Source of the DNA: Candidatus Binatia bacterium
GTDB lineage: Bacteria > Desulfobacterota > Binatia > HRBIN30
NCBI GenBank assembly: GCA_038245295.1
Contig: JBBRSP010000006.1
Location: forward strand, 96,001-160,000
Reading direction: 5' to 3'
DNA length: 64,000 bases
This document shows positions 31,338-41,318 of the stretch, one piece after another. The position numbers and the translations under genes were made by a program. Below the pieces are notes generated by a model. It did not search any database, was not told the DNA's origin, and saw only the letters and a list, made by a program, of their open reading frames with translations. Position 1 is the stretch's first letter. Every line of letters starts with the position of its first letter.

Positions 31338-31850
31338 TCAGATGATGTTGCAACGCGGCAATTTGCAGCGATCGCCGTCGTGCAGGACCAGACCAACCTC
31401 GCACGGCTGCGCCGAGGTATCCTCTTCCGTGTCCGTGGTAAGGCCTGAGACGAGCATTTCGTCGCATTCGGGATTGAGTGCGATCACCTCCACGGGCAGA
31501 GGGCACTCACTCTTCAGGCTGACCCGATTGTTCGAGTTGTACTCGAACGTCGACGTCCTCGTGCAATCGATACCGCTAATGGTAATGACCGTGTACGCGT
31601 AGGCCGCGGCGGCCAGCCCACCACACACGACAAGTACAGCCACAGCCTTAGCTGCGGCGGAGATTCGGTTCACTCGCACGATCGCCACGCCGGCCATGAC
31701 GGCGGCAAGGAACAGCAACATCGGGATTCCGAGCGCCGGAGCACCGACGCCAAGCGGAGCCGTCGTCGCCGACGGCACAGCGTAGGCCGCCTGCGCGACA
31801 CCCAGGCCGACAACTACACCCAACAACCGAGACATCCTACGAACTTTCAT
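31338..31850 (-). CDS. Midcut-by-XrtH-like protein (internal IPTL-CTERM-like sorting signal)
   Basis: Signal peptide, then APALGIPMLLFLAAVMAGVAIVRVNR, then a second signal-like segment (AAAAYA) and a Cys-containing domain (6 Cys); GGAGG RBS before ATG 31850. Confidence 0.6.
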   Translation of the reverse strand: MKVRRMSRLLGVVVGLGVAQAAYAVPSATTAPLGVGAPALGIPMLLFLAAVMAGVAIVRVNRISAAAKAVAVLVVCGGLAAAAYAYTVITISGIDCTRTSTFEYNSNNRVSLKSECPLPVEVIALNPECDEMLVSGLTTDTEEDTSAQPCEVGLVLHDGDRCKLPRCNII

Positions 31851-31985
31851 CACACCCTCCTGTATCCAGCGATTTGCGGACACCCGGACCACAACCCAGG
31901 AACCGGCTCCCCACAAGACGGCACCCTTCTGCCGAATTTGAGAATGGGGCGTCAACCGAAAGTATGCGACAGGGGCCCGGCATCG

Positions 31986-32001
31986 CGGCCCGCAACTTGC
32001 A
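31986..32001 (+). promoter_or_regulatory. Putative sigma54 (-24/-12) promoter
   Basis: CGGCCCGCAACTTGCA (GG-N10-GC), 30 bp upstream of ATG 32031. Confidence 0.5.
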
Positions 32002-32030
32002 CGTCAGTTTAGCGACAAAGGGGAGGTGAA

Positions 32031-33734
32031 ATGGCCGATCTAACTGGTGGTCAGGTCTTAGCGCGCTGCCTCGCCGCGGAAGGCGTGCGCTTCGTCTTTG
32101 GTTTGCCGTCGCCCGAGATTGATCCGTTCCTGGCGGCCCTTGATGACGCCGGGATTCGACTCGTCCCCTTTCGCCACGAAGCGGCTGGCGCTCATATGGC
32201 GGAGGGGCTGTACAAGACAACCGGACAAGTCGCCGCCGTCATCGGCAACCCTGGCCCTGGATCGGCCAACCTCCTGGCAGGCGTCATCACAGCGCGTCAC
32301 GAGGGTGTACCACTCATCGCCATCACCTCGCAGCATCGCCTCGGGCTGGTCTACCCGTCGACACCGTCGACCTTCCAAGGGCAGGACCAGCTCGACATCT
32401 ATAAGCCAGCGGTGAAATGGGGCGCGCCGATCTTCGCCTGGGAGCGCATCGCCGAAGTCACGCGTATGGCGTTCCGTGAGATGTGGACCGGCCGCCCCGG
32501 CCCGGTGCAACTCGAGATCCCGGCCCCGGTGTTGTATGCCACGGGCGCCGATTCGGCCGTCCGATTCCCGCCGCCGAGCTCTTACCGGCCCTCGCTCCCG
32601 CAAGCTTCGGAAGCGCAGCTCAGCCAACTGGCGGACATGCTGGCTTCGGCCAAGCGGCCGCTGGTGATCGCCGGTTCCGGCACCGACCGTGCCGGCGCCA
32701 GCCCCGTGGTCATGAGTCTCGTCGAGCGCCTTGGTTGTCCGGTGGTGAGCTCGATGTCCGGACGCGCCGTGGTCCCGCTCGATCATCCCAACTGGCTCTA
32801 CGGCATCGGCGCCGGCGGTGATCTGGCCAAGCGCGAGGCTGACGTCGTGCTCGTCGTCGGTTCGCGTCTCGGCAACCTCGACCTGCCATTCGACAAATAC
32901 TGGGGCGATCCGGCGGAGCAGCAGGTGGTGCAGATCGATGTCGATCCGCGTCATATCGGTGTCACACGACCGCTGGCCCTCGGCATCATCGCCGACGCCA
33001 AGTCGACGATCGAGCAGCTAACCCAACGCCTCGACAAGCACACCGTCGCGGCCAGCTCGCGGGAATTCCTGCAACGCTGCCGTGAGGCCGGCGACACCTG
33101 GGGGAAGGGACAGCAGAGCGTCGTCGAAGCGTGGGACGGCCCCGGTCTACATCCGGCACAAGTGATGCGTGCCATTGGGACGACGTTCGGACGCGACGCG
33201 ATCTACGCCACCGACGGCGGATTCACCTCGCTCTGGGCACACTGGTTCCTGCCCCCGACGCAGCCGCGTTCGTATCTCAACATCCTCGAGCTCGGTATGC
33301 TCGGCACCGGCATTCCATCGGCCATCGGCGCCAAGTTGGGCAATCCCGACCGCCCGGTGGTCTGTGTGACCGGCGACGGTGCGGCCGGTTTCCACTTCAT
33401 GGAGATGCAGTCGGCGGTGCGCGAGGGCGTCAAGCTCGTGACCATCGTCTTCGCCGAGGGATCGTGGACGATGGAGGAACCGAACGAGCAGATGCTTTAT
33501 GGCAAGACGTTTGGCACCACGATGGGCACCGTGCGCTGGGACATCGTCGCGCAAGGCCTCGGCTGCGAAGGGATCTACGCCGAACGCCTCGCCGACGTGG
33601 AAACGGCGCTCCAACACGCGCAGCGCAGCGAACGTCCAACGGTGATTTGCGTCAAGACCGACCGCCTCGCCAACATGAGCGTCGCCCCAGAAGCGGCGAT
33701 GCGCTTCGCCGAGGTCTATCAGGGTCCGATGTAA
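32031..33734 (+). CDS. Thiamine pyrophosphate-binding protein (acetolactate synthase-like superfamily)
   Basis: RHEAAGAHMAEG, GPGSAN, GRPGPV and TPP motif GDGAAG; GGGGAGG RBS. Confidence 0.9.
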   Translation: MADLTGGQVLARCLAAEGVRFVFGLPSPEIDPFLAALDDAGIRLVPFRHEAAGAHMAEGLYKTTGQVAAVIGNPGPGSANLLAGVITARHEGVPLIAITSQHRLGLVYPSTPSTFQGQDQLDIYKPAVKWGAPIFAWERIAEVTRMAFREMWTGRPGPVQLEIPAPVLYATGADSAVRFPPPSSYRPSLPQASEAQLSQLADMLASAKRPLVIAGSGTDRAGASPVVMSLVERLGCPVVSSMSGRAVVPLDHPNWLYGIGAGGDLAKREADVVLVVGSRLGNLDLPFDKYWGDPAEQQVVQIDVDPRHIGVTRPLALGIIADAKSTIEQLTQRLDKHTVAASSREFLQRCREAGDTWGKGQQSVVEAWDGPGLHPAQVMRAIGTTFGRDAIYATDGGFTSLWAHWFLPPTQPRSYLNILELGMLGTGIPSAIGAKLGNPDRPVVCVTGDGAAGFHFMEMQSAVREGVKLVTIVFAEGSWTMEEPNEQMLYGKTFGTTMGTVRWDIVAQGLGCEGIYAERLADVETALQHAQRSERPTVICVKTDRLANMSVAPEAAMRFAEVYQGPM

Positions 33735-33804
33735 GCACGCGCCAGCGCGCCCCCTGCCTTCCGCCGCTGCCCGCGCCCTAGCCGGGCTGAGGCGGAAGGC
33801 TCCT

Positions 33805-34890
33805 TCACCAACGATGTAGAAACTCCTCGGCCCAACCGATCAGGTTGGTCACCCGCATCTCCTGCCCGTCGAAGCGGATCGTTCCGTCCCAGCGACCGAA
33901 GGCGCAGACACCGCCGCTGCGCAGCACGCCGAGATTGACGAGCGGCTGGTGCGCGACAATCGGCGTCAAGGTCAGGTCGATCGCGCCGGAATGCGCCGCA
34001 CGGACGCGCCACGGCTGCTTCCAGTTCGTTGCATCGTAGCGCCAGACGAGATCTTCCATGATCTTGTAGAGTCGGCCGTCGATCAGCAGACCGTTCTCGT
34101 TGACGCCCGTACCGGTGGTCCACTTGCCGCCGATGTTGATGCCGACCAGTCGCCCGTCCTGCACGCCACTCGCGACACCCCAGTTCCAGAACGAATGATA
34201 GGGCCACACGCCGCGGCCGAAGTCCTGCACTCCGTGACACTCCGACGGATTCATCTCGTAGCGCCGCGTCCCAACCGTCACCGATCCTTCACACGGCAGA
34301 GTGTTGTGCTTCGAGTTGAGCTGGAAGCGGTCCCTGGTCCACGGCACGACAATGTTGAGGCTCTCGTGCCCGGGCTGACGACGAACGACGAAATCCGCAA
34401 CGACGCTTTCACCGGTGGTCGTCGTGCCGACGAAGTCGACTTTCATGTCACCGCGGTCATTCACGTTGGCATACTCGAGGCCGCGATGCTGGAAGCGCAC
34501 CGTTTGCTCGACATGCTCGGGCAACGGCATCGAGCCAGGCCAAACCGGCGCTCGCGCTTCGATTGATTGGCCGGTGTCGAAGTCGGTGAAGGTCATGGCG
34601 CAGAAAGCGGCATAGTCGATGTCGGCGAGTGTCACGGAAAATACGAACCGCGGGCTCATCCAATTCCAGAAGTTCCAGCGCTTCTTGCGCAGCCAGTGGC
34701 CGCTGAGATTGGCCCGGATCAACGGCAAGCGCGACCAACCCACTGCTGCCGGATTGAGATGGCCGCCCGCCTCACATAAGTCGGCGGGCTGTGTCACTTC
34801 GGGCTCGGTATACGCTTGAGGATAGGTCTCCGACCGCATTCGGTGGGTCACCACAGGCATGAATTCCGGTAGTATCGTGTTGCTTGCCAT
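33805..34890 (-). CDS. DUF2804-family protein
   Basis: LNPAAVGWSR, KKRWNFW, DFGRGVWPY, WNWG, GTGVNENGL, GWAEEF. Confidence 0.8.
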   Translation of the reverse strand: MASNTILPEFMPVVTHRMRSETYPQAYTEPEVTQPADLCEAGGHLNPAAVGWSRLPLIRANLSGHWLRKKRWNFWNWMSPRFVFSVTLADIDYAAFCAMTFTDFDTGQSIEARAPVWPGSMPLPEHVEQTVRFQHRGLEYANVNDRGDMKVDFVGTTTTGESVVADFVVRRQPGHESLNIVVPWTRDRFQLNSKHNTLPCEGSVTVGTRRYEMNPSECHGVQDFGRGVWPYHSFWNWGVASGVQDGRLVGINIGGKWTTGTGVNENGLLIDGRLYKIMEDLVWRYDATNWKQPWRVRAAHSGAIDLTLTPIVAHQPLVNLGVLRSGGVCAFGRWDGTIRFDGQEMRVTNLIGWAEEFLHRW

Positions 34891-35344
34891 CAACGGCTCC
34901 CCCCATCGTCTGACTTGCCGTTCGCCTCGTAGTGGTACGAGGACTCGTCGGTCCGCACCATGGCGGTCTTCACATCGAGCTCCGGTTGGAGGACCAAGAT
35001 GGTTGCGCGCTCATAAGACCGGTTACTTGCCAGCACCATTCTACCGAGCTGATCGGGCGGCGCCAGACGCTGCAGCCACATGCGCTTGTCGCGATACGCC
35101 GCACTGGCGGCGCGGATCTCGAGGGGCACACTTTTCATCGGCGTGTCGACAGCGGCGCCAGGTTCGCGCACCAGGATTCCGATGCCCGGCGCGATGCGCG
35201 GCGAGGCGAGGCGTACATACCCCATCCCCCGAGCTTCCACGAGGAAACGCCGAATCGCGACACCAACTCAATTTGCGCCAACGGCCACAAGGTGAAGGCG
35301 ATGAGCCCGCCGTACAGGAGTTGCTTCTTCTGCGTCAGGGTCAA
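34890..35344 (-). pseudogene. Frameshifted membrane-anchored partner of the HTTM gene (about 149 aa if repaired)
   Basis: A TTG overlapping the HTTM stop gives ..WKLGGWGMYASP. A 5-bp duplication (GAGGC x2, 35203-35212) shifts the frame. Removing it joins the ORF to RIAPGIGILV...GGSR*, whose stop overlaps the DUF2804 ATG. Confidence 0.7.
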
Positions 35345-36213
35345 TGCAACTCCATGGCCGGTAATATGCCGATCCGTACGAGAATGATCACGACGCACGC
35401 GACGGCGACGATCGGTACGAAGCGACGATTCGCATCCGTCGTCAGGAACATCAGCGACAGACTGACGAACAGCATGCCGAAGAAGACCTCGCGCGCCGCC
35501 ACCTCGATAGCGAGGACAAAGGCAATGCCGGCAAACACCGTCAATGTGCGCAGCCGGGGAACCAGCAAGGCTACAGCCATGGTGATCTCCAAGATCCACA
35601 CGAGGTTGGAGACGAGAAGGAAGAGCGGGGGCGCGACGAGATAGGGGCCCGAGCCGTCCATTCCACTATACGACAAGATTCGTTGTAGTTCGTCGCGCGG
35701 CAGGAACAGCCCAAAGATCGCTCGAAACCGCGGCTCCATGAGAAGAAACGCCGGCATCAGGCCACTGGTGTAGTAGCCGTGAACGAGCTTTTGAATCCCG
35801 GCGAAGAACATGATCACACAGGTTACCCAGCGAATGCCGCGAATCAGCAGACGTTGCTCCTCCTGCTCGGTAGGGTCGAGCAAGGCACAGAGGCCGCACA
35901 AGAAGATCTCGAGGTAACCGTGGTTGGGGGTGAGCGGAAAGCTGTTCCAGGCCGTGAAGGCGATTGTGAGCGCAAGTGCCACGAATCCCTGGCGACGGAA
36001 TCGGCTCGACAAGGCGACGAGGCCGCAAAGGGTCGAAAGGACGAGGCCGATGATCCGGAACGTCTGTGTGGCAGGCCAGGTTTGGAAGGCAATCGACCAA
36101 CACTCTCCGGCGCTGACCAGGACCAGCACGACTTCAAACGCACGAATCCTCGAGGTCCACGCGCTTGCGTCGACGTCATCGAGGAATGCGAGATGTTGAT
36201 CGAGCCAGTTCAT
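35341..36213 (-). CDS. HTTM-like polytopic membrane protein
   Basis: Multiple TM segments; PNHGYLE and FFAGIQKL motifs typical of HTTM/SdpB/VKGC-N domains. Confidence 0.6.
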   Translation of the reverse strand: MNWLDQHLAFLDDVDASAWTSRIRAFEVVLVLVSAGECWSIAFQTWPATQTFRIIGLVLSTLCGLVALSSRFRRQGFVALALTIAFTAWNSFPLTPNHGYLEIFLCGLCALLDPTEQEEQRLLIRGIRWVTCVIMFFAGIQKLVHGYYTSGLMPAFLLMEPRFRAIFGLFLPRDELQRILSYSGMDGSGPYLVAPPLFLLVSNLVWILEITMAVALLVPRLRTLTVFAGIAFVLAIEVAAREVFFGMLFVSLSLMFLTTDANRRFVPIVAVACVVIILVRIGILPAMELH

Positions 36214-36309
36214 CAGCCGCTCAGATGAAACGCCGGCCGCCCGATGTCAACGTCACCCCCCTCGCCCAAGCCCACACCCACGCCGCCGCCTGTCACGGCG
36301 CGAAACATC

Positions 36310-38049
36310 TCACGCGCCACTCGACCGCGGCGCCGACGGCCGGCGCACCAATCGAGCGGTAACGATCAGCGCAACCCCGAACACGCCAAGCGCCAGGAAC
36401 AACGTCGCGGGCTCGGAGTGCCGAAAGTCGTCGACGACCAGCTTGAGGCCGACGATGCCGTGCATCAAATTGATCAGCCATGCCGACACAATAGTAGGTT
36501 CGCGATACCGGATCATCGCCAAGAGAAGTGTCGCCGCGGCAAGCACCACGGTTCGCAGCGTCGCCAACACGCCGGCGTTGGCAGGTGTTCCGGCGACCGA
36601 CGGGGCCAGCATCACGACGACAATTGCGCTGGCCTCGAGAGTAAAGAGGAGCAGCACACAGGCATGGGACAGCCGCGTCACCTCGGAAGCATCGACTCTC
36701 GGCGGGCGCGTACCGACGACCAGAGCCCCAGTCACCAGCAACGCCAGCCACACCGGCAGACCCACAGCCAACCACTCACTCGCCGGCGCAACCACAAACG
36801 CGGCGCCCACGAGAGCCAATAATCCAGACGCCGCCGCCATCGCAAAGGCGTAGACGAAAGCATGAAAGAGAAGGGTTGCTTGGGGCAATCGTCCAGCCAA
36901 CCACGCGACCGCTAGTGCGGCCACGGCGAAGAAGATGGCCGCTACCGGACCGGGTAGCATCGCGATGCTGCCGACCAGGGCGCACACGAGTCCGAAGCTG
37001 GCGTAGAAATGGAAATTGGCGGCATACCCACCGCCGCTTCGCCGGCATGCCAACGCAGCGCCATAACTAACCAGAGCAAGCGCGAAGCTGCCCACACCCA
37101 CAACCGCAACACCCACCTCGCTGTAGTGCGAAACCAGAACCGCCCCGATCAGCCCGATTGCCGTCACCGCTGCCGTCTGCACGATTTCAAAAGGATCCAC
37201 GCTGCGCTGCCGCAAACGTGTCTGCAGCGCGAACGAACCGAGGTAGGCGCCAAGCAGGCCAAACTGGATGAGGATCACCGTCATCGGTGGTGAAGAGGAA
37301 TCGCCACTGAGGGTTCGTTGCACCAGACTAGCGACCACCGCATCCGCGAGAAGTGCCGGCAGCCAAGCGAGCCACGGCCATCGCCGCCAATATCCAACCC
37401 AAAGCGTCGCCACACCAACCAACGCCAAGGCAATCGACAGGGGAACAAACTGTTGTGTTACGACCAAGAGCGCCACCGCCAGGCACAGTGCGCTCGTCAT
37501 CGCCAACGTCGCCACCGCTGCCAGGTCGGCGCGCGCCGCAACACCGAGCGTCAAACTCGTCAACAACACTACGGTCGCCGCAGCGACATTGGGAGACAAG
37601 AGTTCAAAGCGGGTGGCCGATTCCCAGACCAACGGAAAGGCGATGATCACTGCGGCACAACCATGGAAGAGTGCACTGAGGCGTTGTTGTCGCGCGCCGC
37701 GATCGGCGGCGATCAACCAGAGGAGCGCGTAAGCAAAGCCTATGATGACACCGACCCCACGCGCCACCTGACCGGAGTCAGTCACCGCGCGCAGAAGAAA
37801 TGCGCCGCCCAATACCAGGAAGGTACGGCCGACGAACGCCAGATAAGCATTTGAATCGGCCGCGGCCTCAGAACTCTCGACAGTCTCTATCGGTGCGAAA
37901 GGCTGCGTAGAGACGGCGACACCGGAGTCCCCGCCGACCGGTGTCGGTGACTCCCGACTGGCGGCAGTGCCGGTCCGCGCGAGCAACTCGGTAACGATTT
38001 GCTCCAATCGCTCGACCCTGTCCTCAAGGCGGGCGGACTCGTTGTCCAT
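36310..38049 (-). CDS. Large polytopic membrane protein (DUF2339-like)
   Basis: N-terminal coiled coil (LEDRVERLEQ), low-complexity linker, many TM helices; divergent from the cytochrome operon. Confidence 0.65.
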   Translation of the reverse strand: MDNESARLEDRVERLEQIVTELLARTGTAASRESPTPVGGDSGVAVSTQPFAPIETVESSEAAADSNAYLAFVGRTFLVLGGAFLLRAVTDSGQVARGVGVIIGFAYALLWLIAADRGARQQRLSALFHGCAAVIIAFPLVWESATRFELLSPNVAAATVVLLTSLTLGVAARADLAAVATLAMTSALCLAVALLVVTQQFVPLSIALALVGVATLWVGYWRRWPWLAWLPALLADAVVASLVQRTLSGDSSSPPMTVILIQFGLLGAYLGSFALQTRLRQRSVDPFEIVQTAAVTAIGLIGAVLVSHYSEVGVAVVGVGSFALALVSYGAALACRRSGGGYAANFHFYASFGLVCALVGSIAMLPGPVAAIFFAVAALAVAWLAGRLPQATLLFHAFVYAFAMAAASGLLALVGAAFVVAPASEWLAVGLPVWLALLVTGALVVGTRPPRVDASEVTRLSHACVLLLFTLEASAIVVVMLAPSVAGTPANAGVLATLRTVVLAAATLLLAMIRYREPTIVSAWLINLMHGIVGLKLVVDDFRHSEPATLFLALGVFGVALIVTARLVRRPSAPRSSGA

Positions 38050-38245
38050 GATCGCCGCTCCTGCTCGCTCTGACCCAATCAACGTCAGTCGCAAGTCCGG
38101 TGCCGTCATTGCGGACGCCAGAGAACATGCACCGCGCACGCTGCGAGCATCAGCTTCCGGAAGGAGCGCCAGCCTTGTTCCAGCGGCTGGGAAGCGAGTT
38201 CCCCGATACGGTGATTAGCGGGCCCCTCGTGCACCCCGATGGGCT

Positions 38246-38261
38246 TGGCAAGGGCCTTGCA
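38246..38261 (+). promoter_or_regulatory. Sigma54 promoter for the cytochrome c/Fe-S/NrfD operon
   Basis: TGGCAAGGGCCTTGCA matches TGGCA-N6-TTGCA; followed by AAAGGAG RBS and GTG 38290. Confidence 0.7.
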
Positions 38262-38289
38262 CATTCAAAGCAACAAAGGAGTCGTGACT

Positions 38290-39048
38290 GTGAACGACCT
38301 CGATGGCGGCAAACCAGACGAACGGACGCAGACGGATCCTGAGTTCACGATGCCTCAGTCGCGGGCGCTAATCCCGATGCTGGTTGTCGCGGCTCTGGCG
38401 GTCTTGGTGATCCTTCTAAACATTACGGGCGCAAAGCCGGTGCTCGCGCCGGTCGGAACAGCGGCCGATCGCGCCTTCAGCCCAAAAGACTTTGCCGCGG
38501 TGTTCGAGGAGCAGGCGCGCATCGCCGCCTCGAGCCGCGAGGGCAAGGACGGCCTGTTCCCCGTGCCACCACCGCCCTTCAACGAGGATCTCTACCCATG
38601 CTCGACCTGTCACGACGAGAAGATGGAGGTCAACCGAGAGCGACGCGAGTTGTCGTTCCACGATGACATCGTTCTCCATCACGACGAGGCCAACCGTTGG
38701 TGCCTGGACTGTCACGACGGTAGCAACCGTGACCGGCTGCATCTGGCCGGCGGCACGCTGCTGCCATTCGAGGAATCCTACAAACTTTGCGGCCAATGCC
38801 ACGGCACACAATTCCGCGACTGGCGCGCCGGCATTCACGGCAAACGCACCGGGCACTGGAACGGCGACAAGCAGTATCTGTTGTGCGTCAATTGTCACAA
38901 CCCGCACAGCCCCCACTTCGCGCCGATCAAACCACTGCCGCCTCCGGTGCGCCCGCAGTTCCTCCGCTCCGCACACGCGGCCGTTGCCGATGCCGCGCCG
39001 TCCGACGCGATCACCAAGGAGTCCTCTGATGGCCGAACGATGCACTGA
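38290..39048 (+). CDS. Membrane-anchored tetraheme cytochrome c
   Basis: CSTCH, CLDCH, CGQCH, CVNCH; N-terminal TM segment; start moved to GTG 38290 on promoter and RBS position. Confidence 0.88.
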   Translation: MNDLDGGKPDERTQTDPEFTMPQSRALIPMLVVAALAVLVILLNITGAKPVLAPVGTAADRAFSPKDFAAVFEEQARIAASSREGKDGLFPVPPPPFNEDLYPCSTCHDEKMEVNRERRELSFHDDIVLHHDEANRWCLDCHDGSNRDRLHLAGGTLLPFEESYKLCGQCHGTQFRDWRAGIHGKRTGHWNGDKQYLLCVNCHNPHSPHFAPIKPLPPPVRPQFLRSAHAAVADAAPSDAITKESSDGRTMH

Positions 39049-39967
39049 CAACGCCACGACCCCCGAGGAAGAAAAGTTCCTCGACGCGACCAAGCTCGGT
39101 CGGCGCGACTTCCTCACGGCGCTCGGCGTGACCGCCGCCGGTTATCTGACCGGCTGTTCGGCGGAAAGCCGCGAGGCTTTCTTTGCGAAACGCTTTCTTG
39201 AACTGTCCCCCAGCGAGCTCGACCTACGACTGAAGCGCCTGCGTGACTCGGCCGCCGTGAAATACGGCGCAACGGTGGATGTCTCGGCAACGCCGGCGCA
39301 ACCGGGCGTTCTGTTCGGGTATGCACTCGACCTGTCGCGTTGTGTCGGTTGTCGTCGTTGTGTCTATGCCTGCGTCAAGGAAAACAACCAGTCGCGTGAC
39401 CCGCAGATCCAATGGATTCGCGTCCTCGAGATGGAGAAGGAGAAGGGCATCGATCTCGAGCACGCCAACCCATACTACAACCCCGACACGGTTCCCGATC
39501 CGGAGCACTTCTACCTGCCGGTCTCCTGTCAGCAGTGTCGCACACCGCAGTGCACACAGGTGTGTCCGGTTGGAGCAACCTGGCAGGAACCCGACGGCAT
39601 CGTCGTCATCGACTACGACTGGTGCATCGGCTGCCGCTGCTGCATGTCGGCGTGCCCCTACGGAGCGCGGCATTTCAACTGGAGCGAACCAACGATCTCG
39701 CCGGAAGAAGTGAATCCGAAGATGCACGCCCTCGGCAATCGCATGCGACCGCGCGGCGTCGTCGAGAAGTGTACGTTCTGCGTACAGCGAGTCCGTGAAG
39801 GGCTCTATCCCGCCTGTGTCGAGATTTGTCCCGTCGGCGCGCGTAAATTCGGCAATCTGCTCGACCCCGAGGGCGAGGTCTCACGCGTGCTGCGCGACAA
39901 ACGTGTCTTCGTGCTCAAGGCGGAGCTCAAGACCGATCCGAAGTTCTTCTACTTTTACGGCCTGTAG
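39029..39967 (+). CDS. 4x[4Fe-4S] electron-transfer subunit (NrfC/DsrO/QrcC-like)
   Basis: AAGGAG RBS; Tat-like GRRDFL; CVGCRRC..C, CQQC..C..CP, CIGCRCCMSACP, CTFC..PAC..CP. Confidence 0.9.
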   Translation: MAERCTDNATTPEEEKFLDATKLGRRDFLTALGVTAAGYLTGCSAESREAFFAKRFLELSPSELDLRLKRLRDSAAVKYGATVDVSATPAQPGVLFGYALDLSRCVGCRRCVYACVKENNQSRDPQIQWIRVLEMEKEKGIDLEHANPYYNPDTVPDPEHFYLPVSCQQCRTPQCTQVCPVGATWQEPDGIVVIDYDWCIGCRCCMSACPYGARHFNWSEPTISPEEVNPKMHALGNRMRPRGVVEKCTFCVQRVREGLYPACVEICPVGARKFGNLLDPEGEVSRVLRDKRVFVLKAELKTDPKFFYFYGL

Positions 39968-39975
39968 GAGTGACC

Positions 39976-41211
39976 ATGCGATCCAACAACCTCTTGATCA
40001 CCGCGGTTCGCCTGCTGCTGCGTGGCGGCAAAGCCTACTGGACCTGGATTGCAATTCTGACGACACTGATCATCTGGGGCGTCATGGCCTATGTCGATCA
40101 ACTCACCGATGGTTTGATCGTCACCAACATGCGCGACCAGGTGTCATGGGCCTTCTACATCGGCAACTTCACGTTCCTGGTCGGCGTCGCCGCTGCGGCC
40201 GTGGTGCTGGTGATCCCGGCGTACGTTTATCACTGGAAGCCGATCAAGGAGATCGCCATCCTCGGCGAGATCTTGGCAATCAGCGCCATCATCATGTGCC
40301 TGCTGTTCGTCGTCGTCGACATGGGACACCCGGAGCGCGCCTGGCACCTGATCCCCGGCGTCGGCCACATGAACTTTCCCAAATCGATGCTCGCCTGGGA
40401 TGTCCTGGTGCTGACCCTCTACTTGACGTTGAACTCCTTCATCGTCGGACACATCCTCTATCGCGGCATTCAGGGACGGGCGTACAACTCATCGCTCATC
40501 GTCCCGCTGGTTCTGTTTTCAATTCCCGCCGCCGTCGGCATCCATACGGTCACGGCATTCCTCTACGCCGGCCTGCCGGGTCGCCCCTATTGGAATGCAT
40601 CAATTCTGGCGCCGCGCTTCATCTGCTCGGCCTTCTGCTCCGGCCCCGCCATCATGTTGATCCTCTTCCAGATCCTGCAGCGCACAACGAACATCGCGAT
40701 CAAAGAGGAAGCGATCTCCAAGGTGGCCGAGTTGATGGCGTACGCCATGTTCATCAACCTGTTTCTGCTCGGCGCCGAGGTGTTCAAGGAATACTATTCG
40801 GCCACCGAACATCTGGTGCACCTGCAGTACTTGTTCAACGGCCTCGGCAACCAGCGCGCCCTTGTCCCCTTTGGTTGGGCCTCGGTCATCTGCGGCATAG
40901 CGGCGTTCCTGATCTTCTTGTTTCCGCAGACACGTCGTAATGTCGTCACCCTCAACCTGGGATGTCTGCTCATCTATGCCAGCGTCTACATCGAAAAGGG
41001 CATGGGGTTGGTTATCCCGGCGTTCACGCCGGACGTCCTCGGCGAGGTCTACGTGTACATCCCAACCTTTCACGAATTGCGTATCGGCGCCGGGATCTTC
41101 TCGATCGGATTCCTGGTATTCACGCTGCTCTGTAAGGTCGCCGTGCCGATTCTCACCGGTGAATTTGCCAACGCTGCCCGGCCACTGACCCAGGGAACGG
41201 CGGCATCGTGA
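39976..41211 (+). CDS. NrfD/PsrC-family quinone-interacting membrane subunit (DsrP/QrcD-like)
   Basis: About 10 TMs; WAFYIGNFTFLVGVAA, DMGHPER, HTVTAF, APRF motifs. Confidence 0.9.
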   Translation: MRSNNLLITAVRLLLRGGKAYWTWIAILTTLIIWGVMAYVDQLTDGLIVTNMRDQVSWAFYIGNFTFLVGVAAAAVVLVIPAYVYHWKPIKEIAILGEILAISAIIMCLLFVVVDMGHPERAWHLIPGVGHMNFPKSMLAWDVLVLTLYLTLNSFIVGHILYRGIQGRAYNSSLIVPLVLFSIPAAVGIHTVTAFLYAGLPGRPYWNASILAPRFICSAFCSGPAIMLILFQILQRTTNIAIKEEAISKVAELMAYAMFINLFLLGAEVFKEYYSATEHLVHLQYLFNGLGNQRALVPFGWASVICGIAAFLIFLFPQTRRNVVTLNLGCLLIYASVYIEKGMGLVIPAFTPDVLGEVYVYIPTFHELRIGAGIFSIGFLVFTLLCKVAVPILTGEFANAARPLTQGTAAS

Positions 41212-41255
41212 TCATGGTCCTTACAATGGGTTAGTCTCCTTCGTCGGGACGACAG

Positions 41256-41287
41256 AAAGGGCGGACACCTTTCGGTGCCCGCCCTTT
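41256..41287. terminator. Bidirectional intrinsic terminator
   Basis: AAAGGGCGGACACC-TTTC-GGTGCCCGCCCTTT between convergent genes. Confidence 0.8.
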
Positions 41288-41318
41288 GATTTGATTTAAG
41301 CGACTGAAGACGCAGGGC

